52,184 bases of DNA from a virus. Its lineage: Duplodnaviria > Caudoviricetes. The position numbers and the translations under genes are program-made. Positions 18,965-31,700 of the stretch are shown here, piece after piece. Positions within the stretch are counted from its first letter, which is position 1, and the number at the start of each line of letters is the position of its first letter. Where the stretch lies: IMG/VR virus record IMGVR_UViG_3300030012_002628, positions 1 through 52,184 of that record, one strand, 5' to 3'. The notes under the pieces were generated by a model that was not told where the DNA came from, ran no database searches, and was given only the letters and a program-made list of their open reading frames with translations.

Positions 18965-20752
18965 ATGGCTTTAAACGAACAAAGGAGCAAGCAGTTACTG
19001 GAACCAAGAATAGATCCTACAACCAAAAGTATGGATGTCGGTGGTTTTAAAATTCCACCAACTAGCTTGCTTACTGCACTTCTATACGGGTTTGCAAACC
19101 ACGAAGTTGTCGCAGCGAGGGAGTATTATTTTTGGAGAATATGCGATGAGCTATGGAATAATGATGAGTTGCCAGAAAAATTAATGGTTCGTCATCCTTG
19201 GGCTACGCTCATGATTCGCGCAGCTCTAGAGAATAAATACCTTGCTGTTGGTGGATCTGCTTCTTCTGGTAAGTCTCACACTATGGCAGCTTGGGGTATC
19301 ATTAACTGGTTATGCCAACCACAAGATACACTGGTTCTAATGACATCCACCACGCTTCGCGAAGCCCGTAAACGAATCTGGGGTAGTGTAATGTCTTTGC
19401 TGTCTGTGATTGATGATGCACCAATCAAGATTCGGGATTCAATTGGAAACGCAGCTTACATTAATGAGAAAGGAACACTCATCGAAAGAGCGGGGCTTTC
19501 CTTGATTTCCGCAGAAAAGAGCAAGACTAAAGAAGCTGTCGGAAAATTTATTGGTATCAAACAGAAAAGAGTGATCCTGATAGGGGATGAGCTTTCAGAA
19601 CTTTCTGAAGCTATCTTAAATGCAGGACTTACAAACCTTTCTAAAAACCCATCATTCCAGATGATAGGAATGAGTAACCCTAATAGCAGGTTTGATGCAT
19701 TCGGTATTTGGTCTACGCCCAAAGATGGTTGGGATAGTGTGGATACAAACCTTGATGATGAATGGGATACAAAGTGGCAAGGGAAATATCTACGCTTAGA
19801 CGGGGAAAAATCTCCGAATATTCTGGCGGGGGAAACTGTTTATCCTTGGCTACCAACGGAGGAAAAACTCGTTGAAGACAAAGCTTTACTGGGAGTCGAA
19901 AGCAGGGGGTATATGCGAATGGTCAGGGCGGTCTTTTTCGACAGTGATGAGACCACAGGCATATATACTGAGAATGAGATCACATCTAGTGGAGCCATGA
20001 AGAAAGTAGAGTGGCAAGGGACACCTGTAAATCTATGTGGTATTGACCCTGCTTTTACAAACGGTGGAGATAGAACAATTTTATACACTGCTAAATGTGG
20101 CTATGATACTGGCGGTCAATATGTTATAGAGTTTGGTGAGGCCATTCACTTAAACGACGATGCCACAAACAAAGCAGTTCCAAGAACTTATCAAATAGTT
20201 CAGCAGATAAAAGATAAGTGCTTGAAACTAAAGATCTTGCCAGAGAATGTAAGCGTTGATGCCACGGGAGCGGGTGCTCCTTTCTGTGATGTTCTGGCAG
20301 GAGAGTGGTCAAACAAGTTCATGCGTATTTCGTTTGGGGGAAAAGCGAGTGATAAACGTGTTAGTGCTAATAGCCCAAAAGTTGGTTTAGATTTGTATGT
20401 AAACCGAGTGTCAGAGCTTTGGTTCGTGGGAAAAGAATTGATGAGAACAAAGCAAATCTTCGGAATCAATTCAGATCTAGCCCAAGAAATAACTGAAAGA
20501 AACTACGACATGGTAAAAAGTGGAAGTCTCCGCATGAAGATTGAATCAAAGCCAGAGTTCAAAGCTAGATTTGGTAGGAGTCCTGACTTAGCAGACGCAG
20601 CCTTTTTAGCCTTAGATTGTGCAAGGCAAAGGCTGGGATTAGTAGCGGTTGACCCACCCGACACGACAAATTCTGCAATGCCTTATAGAAGAACGACTAT
20701 AAAAACTTTAAGTAGTGCTTTACAAAACGCTGAGGCTACCCTCATCGATTGA
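18965..20752 (+). CDS. terL: Terminase large subunit
   Basis: Walker A GSASSGKS, Walker B LIGDE, MSNP coupling motif, nuclease motifs GIDPA..GGD, VDATG.G and SPDLADA. Confidence 0.92.
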   Translation: MALNEQRSKQLLEPRIDPTTKSMDVGGFKIPPTSLLTALLYGFANHEVVAAREYYFWRICDELWNNDELPEKLMVRHPWATLMIRAALENKYLAVGGSASSGKSHTMAAWGIINWLCQPQDTLVLMTSTTLREARKRIWGSVMSLLSVIDDAPIKIRDSIGNAAYINEKGTLIERAGLSLISAEKSKTKEAVGKFIGIKQKRVILIGDELSELSEAILNAGLTNLSKNPSFQMIGMSNPNSRFDAFGIWSTPKDGWDSVDTNLDDEWDTKWQGKYLRLDGEKSPNILAGETVYPWLPTEEKLVEDKALLGVESRGYMRMVRAVFFDSDETTGIYTENEITSSGAMKKVEWQGTPVNLCGIDPAFTNGGDRTILYTAKCGYDTGGQYVIEFGEAIHLNDDATNKAVPRTYQIVQQIKDKCLKLKILPENVSVDATGAGAPFCDVLAGEWSNKFMRISFGGKASDKRVSANSPKVGLDLYVNRVSELWFVGKELMRTKQIFGINSDLAQEITERNYDMVKSGSLRMKIESKPEFKARFGRSPDLADAAFLALDCARQRLGLVAVDPPDTTNSAMPYRRTTIKTLSSALQNAEATLID

Positions 20753-20777
20753 CTTTTAATACAAAATACATTAAATT
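20749..20777 (+). promoter_or_regulatory. sigma70-like leaderless promoter
   Basis: TTGACT-N17-TAAATT, 6 nt before ATG 20784. Confidence 0.7.
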
Positions 20778-20783
20778 TAGGCT

Positions 20784-21629
20784 ATGTCGGTTACTTCTCT
20801 TGCCAATTCTCTTGTCTTTGATTCGTTAAAACGAAATAAACCTGTACTTGATTTATACAAATCTTTTATAGAAGGAAAAAGTTCTCCAAATCCTGCTTCA
20901 AGTGGGGTCAAAAGATTTTTAGGCATCGTAGATTCTCAAGACGAAGAGGAAGATGATATCACTAAGAACTACATGGATCTATCACAGAACCAAGCAGAGA
21001 TCGATGCCAATTTGGAAGCAGCGGGGTTTGAATCAAATCCTCAAAGGGAAGCTCGGTTAGCCGAACAAGAGAGAAAAGCCGAGTTAGCAGCTTCAGATAA
21101 TCTAGAGCAAAGGAAAATGCTCAGGGGAAGAATCACTGAGGCTTTTGGTAGAGGTCTTTCTAGAAAAAACTTAGCCAAAGAAATAGGTATCCTCAGAGGA
21201 GAAGCAGCAAATCTTGATATTGATCCTACCGCTTTCGAGAGGGAAGTAAAAGAAGAGCGTGGAATCTTTAACGAAGAAGCAAAACGTAAAAGAGATTATG
21301 ATAATTTCTTTGCGCGAGCGAATGACCCAAATAGAACTTTGGGTTCTGGGTCGAGACGAGAAGTATACTCTAGGAGGAAAAGATTGAAGTTAGCTAAACA
21401 ACTACAGAAAGATGGATTCACTAGAGCTGCTGAAGCGGTTGCTCTTGATTATGCGCGTTCGCCAGAAGCAATGGCCCCCGCAATTTCAACCCCTGCTTTA
21501 CGCAGACAGATGGAAGAAGACTCAAGTAGAGCTAGGGAAATAAGAGATATGAACAGAGGATTGACTCAGCTCTTGATTGCTAAAACACAGCAGGAACTTA
21601 AAGATCCAGAATTTAAACTCTTCACATAA
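20784..21629 (+). CDS. Putative internal virion (ejection) protein 1
   Basis: 281 aa, helical and charged; first of three genes of increasing size. Confidence 0.5.
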   Translation: MSVTSLANSLVFDSLKRNKPVLDLYKSFIEGKSSPNPASSGVKRFLGIVDSQDEEEDDITKNYMDLSQNQAEIDANLEAAGFESNPQREARLAEQERKAELAASDNLEQRKMLRGRITEAFGRGLSRKNLAKEIGILRGEAANLDIDPTAFEREVKEERGIFNEEAKRKRDYDNFFARANDPNRTLGSGSRREVYSRRKRLKLAKQLQKDGFTRAAEAVALDYARSPEAMAPAISTPALRRQMEEDSSRAREIRDMNRGLTQLLIAKTQQELKDPEFKLFT

Positions 21630-22741
21630 TGTCTGAATCTCTCTTTGACTTTGAAAGGGACATTGCTCCCGAAAGAAATAACTTTGGTTTTACAAGAACC
21701 GAGTCAGCATTTCTTAATGCTAAGGCTGATCAACAGATCATGCCCCAATTAGATTTGATGGTAAAGTTGCGCGGGCAACTCCAAAAAGAACGGGCTTCTG
21801 ACCTTGCTTACGAGACAAGTGTTTTTGAATTTAAGCAGAGAAAGAAAACCCTCCGAGAGCAGAGAGACAGCGATATACGAGCAGAAGAATTATTGAAACC
21901 CATTCAAGACATTGTGGAGAATGATCAACTGAATGAGTTTGAGAGAGTAGAACAATTGAATATCCTTCAACTTCAGAACCCTGAAGTGTTTGCCAACAGT
22001 AAAGTTGCACAACAATCCGCTGCTGCTGCGAATAGATTCCTCGCTTCTAAGATGAAACAGAGAGACGAAAAGTTGGTCAAAGAACGTAAGGAAGAAGAGG
22101 AACAAAAGAAGAGGTTGGATACCACAGGCTTTGATATTAATTCGCTATTTAGCTATGAAACAGATGAGCAAGTTCAGGAGCTAGAAGATTTTTACAAAAG
22201 TCCTGACTCAGATGATGGGGAAGACTTTTCTCCAAGAGAACAAGCTAATGTTAGAACCGCTCGTTTTGCAGCTAAGAAAAACCAAGCTGAAAAATTAGAA
22301 CGGGAAAGGAAAGAAAAGGAATCCTTAACTAAACAAATGTTTAGTAACCAGTTTGAGGCTGGGAAGCTATCTCTAAATGATCTGGATGACATTCAGAAAA
22401 GAGTAGGAGATGCTGTAAAGAGTGGTACATACATGACTAACCAAGAGAAAGCCAAGGCACTAGAGCCATTCCAAGGTTTGGTTGTTGGAGAAGGAACAGA
22501 TGCAGAAGCAACACTTAGTGGGACAACTAGGGAAGAGCTAGATAAAAGCATTAATGATGCTCGTTCTAATCTTATTAAAAAACTTACTAAACTGAGGATG
22601 GATCAGAATAAATTTTTGAATGCTAGGTTTAGAGAACTGGGGGGAGTACCCGCAACTTCAAAACCCAAACGGCCAACTTCTAAAAAAGAACAACAAAAAG
22701 ATTCAAAAAGATCAGAACTAAAAAACCTTATAAATCCTTAA
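21629..22741 (+). CDS. Putative internal virion (ejection) protein 2
   Basis: 370 aa, coiled-coil-rich, TAATG-coupled. Confidence 0.5.
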   Translation: MSESLFDFERDIAPERNNFGFTRTESAFLNAKADQQIMPQLDLMVKLRGQLQKERASDLAYETSVFEFKQRKKTLREQRDSDIRAEELLKPIQDIVENDQLNEFERVEQLNILQLQNPEVFANSKVAQQSAAAANRFLASKMKQRDEKLVKERKEEEEQKKRLDTTGFDINSLFSYETDEQVQELEDFYKSPDSDDGEDFSPREQANVRTARFAAKKNQAEKLERERKEKESLTKQMFSNQFEAGKLSLNDLDDIQKRVGDAVKSGTYMTNQEKAKALEPFQGLVVGEGTDAEATLSGTTREELDKSINDARSNLIKKLTKLRMDQNKFLNARFRELGGVPATSKPKRPTSKKEQQKDSKRSELKNLINP

Positions 22742-22771
22742 CAATAAAACACTCAACATATTGCTTCTGCT

Positions 22772-25700
22772 ATGTCAGACCCAAGCGAAACCAAACCGAC
22801 AGGCTCATTTAACCCAACGCCATACGATATATGGGCCACTCAAAATTCCTTTGAAAATGAATTAGAGGGGAGGACTAAACACCTAGATCATCTCCGCTTA
22901 GAGTATATCAAAGCAGGGAAGTATGATGAGGAAATGGAAGGTCTTTTCCAAGAAGAGTTTGAAAACTCTTTGATCGACAATAAAATATTAGACCCCCTCA
23001 ACGAAGCAGAAGTTGGTGAAGCTGTTCTAAGTTTTTCAGGTGTTCTCCCTTCTAATGATAAAGACGTTCTTTTTATTAAGGACAACATGGCTGAAGGAAG
23101 TTCAATTATGGACTTTGAAGAAGGGGAACAGGAAAAAATTCTACGATATGCAAAAGCTTTAGAGACAGGACAGGAGATACCTGAAGACATTAATGTTAAC
23201 GAAGTTCATGAAATTGCTCGTCAAAAAAGACAGAACTTCATTACAGAATTATACGAAAACGATCAGCTAGGGGCAGGTGTTTATTACACTAAAGAAGGAC
23301 AGCGTATTTTTCTTGGTGGGAAAATTGACGAGAATTCTACGGAAGCGGATGTCCTTGAGCAAGGTAGAGATTTCGGTGTAGTCCCTAGAGATGTTTTTAC
23401 TCTAAGAAAATTTAAAGAAGTCCAAGCAGATAAGAATGGCTTGGAGTTTTATCAAGTAGATCAAAGGCAGAGGGCAGAACAAAAAATTCTTCCTTTTCTA
23501 GACCCTAAAGATGATCTCAGAGATGAAAAGATTAGAGCACGGTTTGATGCTCTCGCTACTAGCTTGGGGAAAGAGAAGTCTTGGGGTATGCTCCGCAAAG
23601 GCTTTGATTCTACTGGTGAAGTATTAACTTGGGCAGGATCAAATATAAGAGAGGGTTGGAACTGGTTGACTTTTGATGAGGAAGAAAAGAAAGAGTCTGA
23701 GGATTACCAAAGATATGAGGCTTTGCGGGAAGAATATGAGGATGAGGTAGAAGAAACAAGACAAGAACTTATAGCAGAATTATCTGAGAGAACGGGTATC
23801 CGTGGAGAAGTCTTAGAAGATGTTGTTGATGATATGGTTGTAGAGATTGCAGCCAATGGATCAGAAACTTTAGACCCTACTCTTATCTTTACGGATGATG
23901 AAGATGATCTAAAACAAAATGTTATTCGAAGAAACTACAAGGGGACTTTTGTTCAACCAGCTATGGCTCTCAAGCCAGAGATGTTTAGAAAAGCTCTTAA
24001 ACAGTCTGGATTTAGTGAGGAAGAAATTGAGATAGAGGACACAAAAAGACAGGCGGAAAACGAATTGTTAGCTTCCACTCGCAGTAAAATTTTAAGGGAA
24101 GACGAGAATTATCAAGACAAGTTTGAAGCTGCTGAATTGGATGGAAGACAAGCAGGGCTTACTCAAGCAGAGATACTTGAGAAATTTGTAAAGGAAGAAG
24201 ATCCCAACTTGGGGTTGGCGGGTATTGGTCAAAGTATTGGGCAAAGTTTTTCTACTCTATTTTACGGGGTGGGTGCTTTGTTTGGTTCGGAGTATGGAAA
24301 AGAAGGACTCCTACAGAATGCCAAAGACCAAGCTCATCTAAATCAGATGAGAGAAATCTTTGGTCAAGATGCAGGAATGGGGCAACAAATATTAGAGCAG
24401 GTTGCCCCACTTATAGTTGATGGTGCGATTACCTTTACGGCAGGGCTTCTTGCCGTTCCTTCAGGTGGAACTTCGGTAGCTGCAGCAGCGGGTTACTTCA
24501 CGGCAAAAACAAGTGCGACTGCCACAGCTAGAGCGGTATTGAAAAATACTTTTAACACTGCTTTGAAGCAGCAAATCAAACGAGATGCTTCAGGTAAGCT
24601 AATCAAAGAAACCACAGGACAAGCTGTAAAGAGATTACAGGCAGCAGGAACATTAAAAGGTTTGTCTAACCGTGAAATGATTTCTGCGGTTAAAAACTAC
24701 AACAGTAAACTAGCTAAGTCACTGGGAATTGGAACGGCTACGTTTGTTCCCGCAGCCATGCGTTCAGGTAGTATGACGTATGGTGCTGTCTACAAAACTA
24801 TAACTGATGACTTTACAAATAAGTATCAAGTTAATGGTGAATGGGTAGAGGGTTGGAGTGAAGAAAGGGTAAAAGAAGAAGCCCACAAAGCAGGTTTTGA
24901 GGCGATGATAACTGCGGGTACAACTACAGGTCTTATAACCGCTGCAATGGGTAAGATAGGTAACGGTATGTTCGGGGGTGTTGAGAATGCGTTCCTTGCA
25001 GGAGTCAGCCTTAAACAACTAAAAGTAGCTACCGATAGAATGGTGAGTCGAGTCTCTTCAGACGAGGCTTTCTTAAAGGCGATGACCGATGCTGTTGCAT
25101 CAACAATGAAAACAGGTTTGATCGGTACATCAATGCGAATAGGTAAGAGTGGTATTGGTGAAGGAATAGAAGAAGGTATTGATGAATTTGCGAACACAAT
25201 CATCCAAGACGCTTGGACAGACAAAGATACTTCTTTCTTAGAAAAAGCAACGGGTGCTTGGCATGGTGCTAAGATGGGTTTCTTTTTAGGAGCTGGTGCT
25301 CCCGCTATCAGTAAGGGTGTAAAAAACTTAGCTCCTGTAAGGGGGGTAGATGCTCAAGCTATGCAAGAAGCAGAGCAAACAGTTGATACTGAGTTCAGGA
25401 AATTGTTAAAAGCATCGGGTGATCTAGAGCGTTTTGAAGAACTAGAAGCGACAGCTCCTAACACTCATGCGGAGGTTATTAGGCAAGTTAGAGCTAAGTA
25501 CGCAAAAGAAGAAGAGGCTGAGACTGAGACAGCTCCAGACCCTGAAGAAGCGAAACCAACTGAACAGGAAGTTGCAGAAGAAGCAGAGCAGCTAAAGAGA
25601 GATCTTGAGGCAAATCAAAAAGAAGATGACAACCAAAAGATCATCAATGATTCTAAAGAAGAGGGAAGAACTAAAGCCGAATCCTCTCCTATAGTCACGG

Positions 25701-28700
25701 CTAGTGAGGCTGTTAATAGCGTTACCGAAACCGACACTAATCAGGCTTCCGCTAATGCTGATGTCACCAACAGCAATCCATCTGCTAGGCCCCCAAGAAC
25801 TCCTCAACAGAAGTATCAAGACACAGTCAATGACATAGAAGTTTTAGAAAGAAGATACAACGTACAGATGGCAGCTCTTGAAGAGCTTCCGCCAGAGTTA
25901 CGAGACAAGAGGCGAAACGAAATTGAAGCAGCAGTAAAAGCTGGTCGTATGCTTGACCCAGACACAGCAGGTGAACTTATTGCTCAAGCAAACAAAGACA
26001 GGGAAAAAGAAATAGCGGAAGAAGCTAAACCTGCCAAGGTAACAAAGAAAGATTTAGATAAGTTAGAAGAGGTAATTGAACAAGGATTCCCAGTTGCTGA
26101 TATTAAAAATCACCTAGAACAATTGGGTCTTAACCTCGAAAGAACAGATGAGAAATATCTTCGAGCTGTAGAAAAAGTAATCAAAGAACGGATTGCCGAA
26201 AGATACCCGACATTAAACCCCAAAAGACAACAAGGTGGGGTAAGACTACCAAACACTTTAGCTCCTTCGGGGACAGTCGTAATTGATAAAGACGGGCGGG
26301 GTGTATTTAATAATGATCCTGCAGGGATGCTTACTTTGTTGCAAAACAATGTTGCTATTCCTTTAACTGAAGATCAAGCGACGAACCCTAATTTAAACAA
26401 ATCATTTGTAGTAGAACAAATAGGAACTGATTACTTTGTTTCCGATATCATGATCCCTGTAAAAGGAGGACTGGTCTCGGCTAAGACTCCAGTAACAAAG
26501 ATCGCGGTTCACGAAACAAATTACACACCAGTTAAGGACAAGATAAGAAGAGTAAACACTCTTAAAAACACGGTAGATTTAAATGATGTCAAAGACATTA
26601 AGATCGTAAGCCCGTTCCGTGTTGCTTCAGGAAAGAAGCCGACAAAGATAAGTTTGGGTGAGCTTCTCGTAGAGGCTAAAAATTTACCAGCACTTAGAAA
26701 GTTTTTAGCTCAAGATTCTATACCTACTTTAAGTAAAGATTATTTAGACGCTGCTGCTATAACGATGAGTTTAGATCTGCAAGAGCAGATTTATAACCAA
26801 GCCAAATCTCTCTCCCAAACTCAACCTACCACCTCATTAAAGAAGGAGGAGAATGCACTAGCCTTTGTAAGAGAGGAATATGGATCACTATATCCTGAGT
26901 TGATAAAGGATAAGTCGATATCAGAGATTATAAATATAGGTAATGAGGTTGATGCAGGGGCAGTTCCTTTTGAGAATCTTAGTAAAGAACAAAGAGGAGC
27001 ACTCGAAATAAGAAACGCATACCTTAGATTGACTGAGCAAAGTCCATCTTTTGTTTTAAATTTAGAAACATCTGCTATCAAGAATGCTAGTTTCTTTAAC
27101 AAGGTAGAATCAGAAAGGAACTCAAAATCTATTCGTGATGTAGCCACTCTAATTGATCCCGATTCAGATATTCATAAGCGTCCAGACTTGATGGATGCAG
27201 AGAAGCAAAAAGAAGATCACTTTATCCCCCCCGCTGTTACAACGATCCCACCTATTGCGGAATCAAAACTAGCTGCTTTTATCTCTTCCAAAATTGATGA
27301 CGTAGCAACCGCGATTAGGTTAGATAGCCGTCTCCGAAGAGATGTAAAAGATCTGCTTAACAATGAGTATCATAATGGGAAGAAGGTAGCCACCAAATAT
27401 TCAGCAGAACAAGTAGCCGTAGAGCTTGTTCATTTCTTAGCTTCAAGGGGTGGAACAAATAAACCAGCATCAGTTCTAGAACAGAAACTCAGTAGCCGTA
27501 ATCTGGATGTCATTAACCCTGAATATAAGTTAGGGCAGGACATGAAAGATGCTCTTACTTTGTTGGGTGTTACCAGTCCTTCATTGCAGGGTTCGTTAAA
27601 TACCGATGCTTCCTTCTACACTTTAATAGAGTCTCAACTACAAGGATTAGTTGGGCCAGATGTCATGCTTTCGTATGGGGATGTTAAGGCTTTCTATACG
27701 CAAGTTAGAAAAGGAGCTGCTGCTTACAAGAAGAGAGCGATAAATGACGGACGCAGCAGAAGAAAGATCATCAAAGATAACCTCGAAGAGATAGATGAGT
27801 TAGGATTGCGAGATGATGATCCTCAATCTGTAATTGATGCTCTCGAAGAGATTGCTGAGTCAGGTGTTAAACCACTTAGGGTTTTAGCAAAAGCTCTACT
27901 TCGGAATAAAGACTTCATACGCTCAATAAAATTCGTCATAGACGGCACTCCTGCGGACTTTTCGGGGCTATATTATGTTGATGGTAACGGGAATAGAACT
28001 GTACTAATTAATACAAATAGGTCTGGAGCAAGAGGTGTAGCGGATACTTTAATCCACGAGTATCTCCATGCGTTTACTAATGACATTCTCAATGCACCAC
28101 CAGAAAGTAGAACACCTGCTCAGAATGAAGCAATTGCCAACCTTGAAGAGATACTGAGGCTCGCAAAAGAGAAAGCCCGTAAGTCTGGTAAAGCTAACTT
28201 AGAATATGGTACTTCAAACCTAGATGAGTTCTTAACTCATATATTAACTGATCCTCAGTTCCAAAGATTTCTCAATGGCATCATACCTGCGAAGGGTAAA
28301 CTCAACCTCTTCCAAAAAGCTATTGATGCTTTAGCTAAATTGATTCCTTTCGTTAAGAGGAAAGAATTAAAAATAGCTCTTGGGCAAGCACTTGATCTTA
28401 CTCAAAGGGCAGATATCCCACAGCCCTCAACTAAATCAGGGTTTGCGAGTCAGGTTGCAGGAAGCATTCACAGGGGTCAGTCTGAACTCCACGATATGTC
28501 TAAGGACATGGGCATGGCAGAGCAATCAGCCATCAACGAAAAGTTGGAGGAAAGGGCTAAAGAAGTTATTGAGTTTGCTATGGGTTATGTCCCAAGCGAA
28601 CTCAACATCGTTGTTGATGAAGCAAACCCAGAGATTGCTAGTGTTGATAGCACTACAGGAGCTATCGTTTTAAATCCAAAAAGAGCAGCACTCTACTTAG

Positions 28701-31700
28701 CCGAGCAAGGGGCAGATGGGATGGATGCTCAAAGGAGACAACACGCCCTTGGAATTATTATAAATAAAGCAGTCGGTAGAGCAGCAGCAGATGCGATGAT
28801 TACTGATGCTCAGTATGCAGACATAACTAAGTCCATGACGGACTCAGAATTCGAGGCAGAGATTAGAGAAAACTATCCCTTGGATCAGCAAGAAGCAGCT
28901 TTTCAAAGACTTAGAAGTTCCGACCCAGAGGTCTCTGCTACAGAGAGGTTCGACTTAGCAAAGAAAGCGATTGCTAGGCACACAGAGCTGTCCACTACGG
29001 GATCAACAACAGCTCAACAGATTGCTTTCCTTAGAACGAATCCTTCTTTGATTCCTCTATTCATAACTTACATGAAAGCCTTCCTCAGTAAACTCACATA
29101 TCACAGGACATTGAAAGATGTTTCTCCTGAGATGAGGAAAGCAGTTAATAATACTGTAAGAGAGATCAGGGCTTTGTCTCTGAACTACAGGCCCGCTGAC
29201 AGTATCATGACCCACAATCCTCGCAACCCTTATGCAGTTGTGGAGCAACTTATGCAGCAAGCTATTGATACTAATATGCTAGAGCCGACTGCTAAAACTG
29301 ATAGTGCTAGTTTACGAAATAGATTAATAGAACAAACCTCTCCTACCCCTGTTGTTTTAGGACAAGAGAGTGAGGCTCCTACCCCCGATACACCCTCTCA
29401 ATTTAGTCAAGACTCTAAGATTCCTTCTTTCCTCAACGAAGTTGAGATGCAAGAAAAGGATATTAATAACTGGCTTGAGGTGCTTGATGTCCCTCTGACT
29501 GAGTTCAGTGAAGACTACGAGTTTGATAAGATGGGCAAGATACGAAGAGGGTTATACAAAACCTTTGTGCGTAAAGCTGACAAAAGAGTTGTTAACTTCT
29601 ACGACCAGAACAAAGCCTTTGTTAGGGAGACAAAAGGTCTCGTTGAAAAGCTGCAACAGAAGCACAACAGAATACTTAAAAGAGAAAACGAAAGACTCAG
29701 CACTGTAACAGGACAAGAAACAGGGAACATCCCTGCCGAACTTATAGCTAGAGCTTCAGGAACTAACGAGGGATCAAACTTAACAGAACCTCAAAAAGAT
29801 ATTGTTGATGCAGAGTATAATGCAGCTATCGCTGAAGCTAATAGAAAGTCGGGTGCTGAAAAAGATGACGCACTTGCTCTGGCTCAGATTAAGAAAGATA
29901 AAAAGATTTTAGAACTACGGGAAAAGAATCGTAAACAACAGTTCGCTAGGAGAGATGCAGCTCTTGATGATTTGTTAAAGATATCTCCCGATATGTACAA
30001 CCTCGTTTTAGAAATGAGGCAACTTCAAGATCAGCTCTCAAAGAAGGCGATGGAAATCTTCGGGCCTACTATGAAAGAAGGAGATTTGAAGATGGCTTTT
30101 GATTTCAACAGAGGTCTGTACCTGACTAGGTCATATAGAATGTTTGAAGACCGTAACTTTGCCAAACAAGTTAAAGAGTCTGATGAATATGCGGATGTTC
30201 GTGAACGAGCAGCAGCTTACTTCTTTGAGCAATTGAAGAAACAAAGAGTTCAGCAGTTGCAGGATACTGAAGCTCTAACTAAAGAGCAAGCTGAAGCTAA
30301 AGTGAGGGATGAAATGGTTGCTAAAAATACTAAAATGCAATCACAAGCCTCCGCTATGGTGGACGATTTCATCGACGGATATGCACGGGCGGAAGCCAAA
30401 AAGAAGTTTGAGCAATCGCAACGAACATTCGGGGAGCAGGATTTAGTGTTACAGGATGCAGGATTCAGTGAAACCGATCCCCTTAAAAAGATTGTCGAAT
30501 CAATCAATGATAAGAAAAACATACCTGAACCCATCAGGGAATTACTCGGAGAGTATGGAGAAGACACAGGCATTTATAATCTCAGCTACTCTCTGAACCA
30601 CACAGCTAGTTTACTTTCTAATCAGGCGTTCTTTAATAAACTCAAAGCATTAGGGACTGGCGTTAATCCAGAGACTGGGGAAGTCGAATCTGATAATCCT
30701 TGGATGGTTAGTTCAGAACAATATTTTGAAGACAGAGCGAGACCAAAAGCAGATAGAAAATATTCTGGTTGGGTAGAGCTAGTTGATCTAAGTAGTGAAA
30801 CTAATCCCCTAGCAGGGATGTATGTCCCAGAACAAGTGGCCTCCAACATAACAGATCTTTTGGGTGGCAAGAAGAAAGCGGACATCACAGATCCACTGAA
30901 TGAACGGGCAGAATTGCAGGGGAAAATAATGCGAGGAACTAAAAAAGCGGTGGGTCTATCCCTTGCTTACAAGACGCTTGGGTCTCCTGCTTTCTACATA
31001 AGAAACATAATTGGTAACGCTTTGTTCTTCGGGCCTATGCAAGGGTATCCTGCTCATAGAGTTATGGGAGATCTCTTCAAGGATGTTAAAGGAGCTAATG
31101 TTCCTTACCTTACTAAAAACCCTGACTCTATTTTCTACCAAGTAGGGGGGTCAGAGTTGAGTTTCAAACTAATGGAACTTAGATCTAGAAATGTTTACGG
31201 TGATGAGCTTGAAGTTTCACAACTCCAAGACCTGTTGGAGGGAAAGACATCCTACGCAAGTTTGCAAAAGGATCTGGATAAAGTAGCAGCAGCCTCTAAT
31301 TTTATTGCGGGTCTTAATAAGAAGAAAGGGCCTATCAAAGTTCCAGAGGAACATATCGAAACCTTGGCAAAGTTGGGGGTCAATGTGACTTCAGCGGGGC
31401 TTCTTCCATTCAAAGCAATTAAAGAAGCGAACGCAATACTTCTACAAACAGGTGGAAAACTTGCTTCTGCTGCTGATGGTTTCTTCAAAGTTGGTCTCTA
31501 TGATTTCGAGATGCAGACTTTAACTAAAGCTGCAAAGCACGAGATAGAAAAGGGTGAGATTAACGGAAAGTATGCAAAGCTCTTAGATGAGAATGGGGAA
31601 CCTACTAACACCATGAAGGACATGGCTGCGAATATCGTAAAAGATACAGCTCAGTCATACAGTAGGGCCTTACCGATTATCAAAGATTTAACAGATAGTA

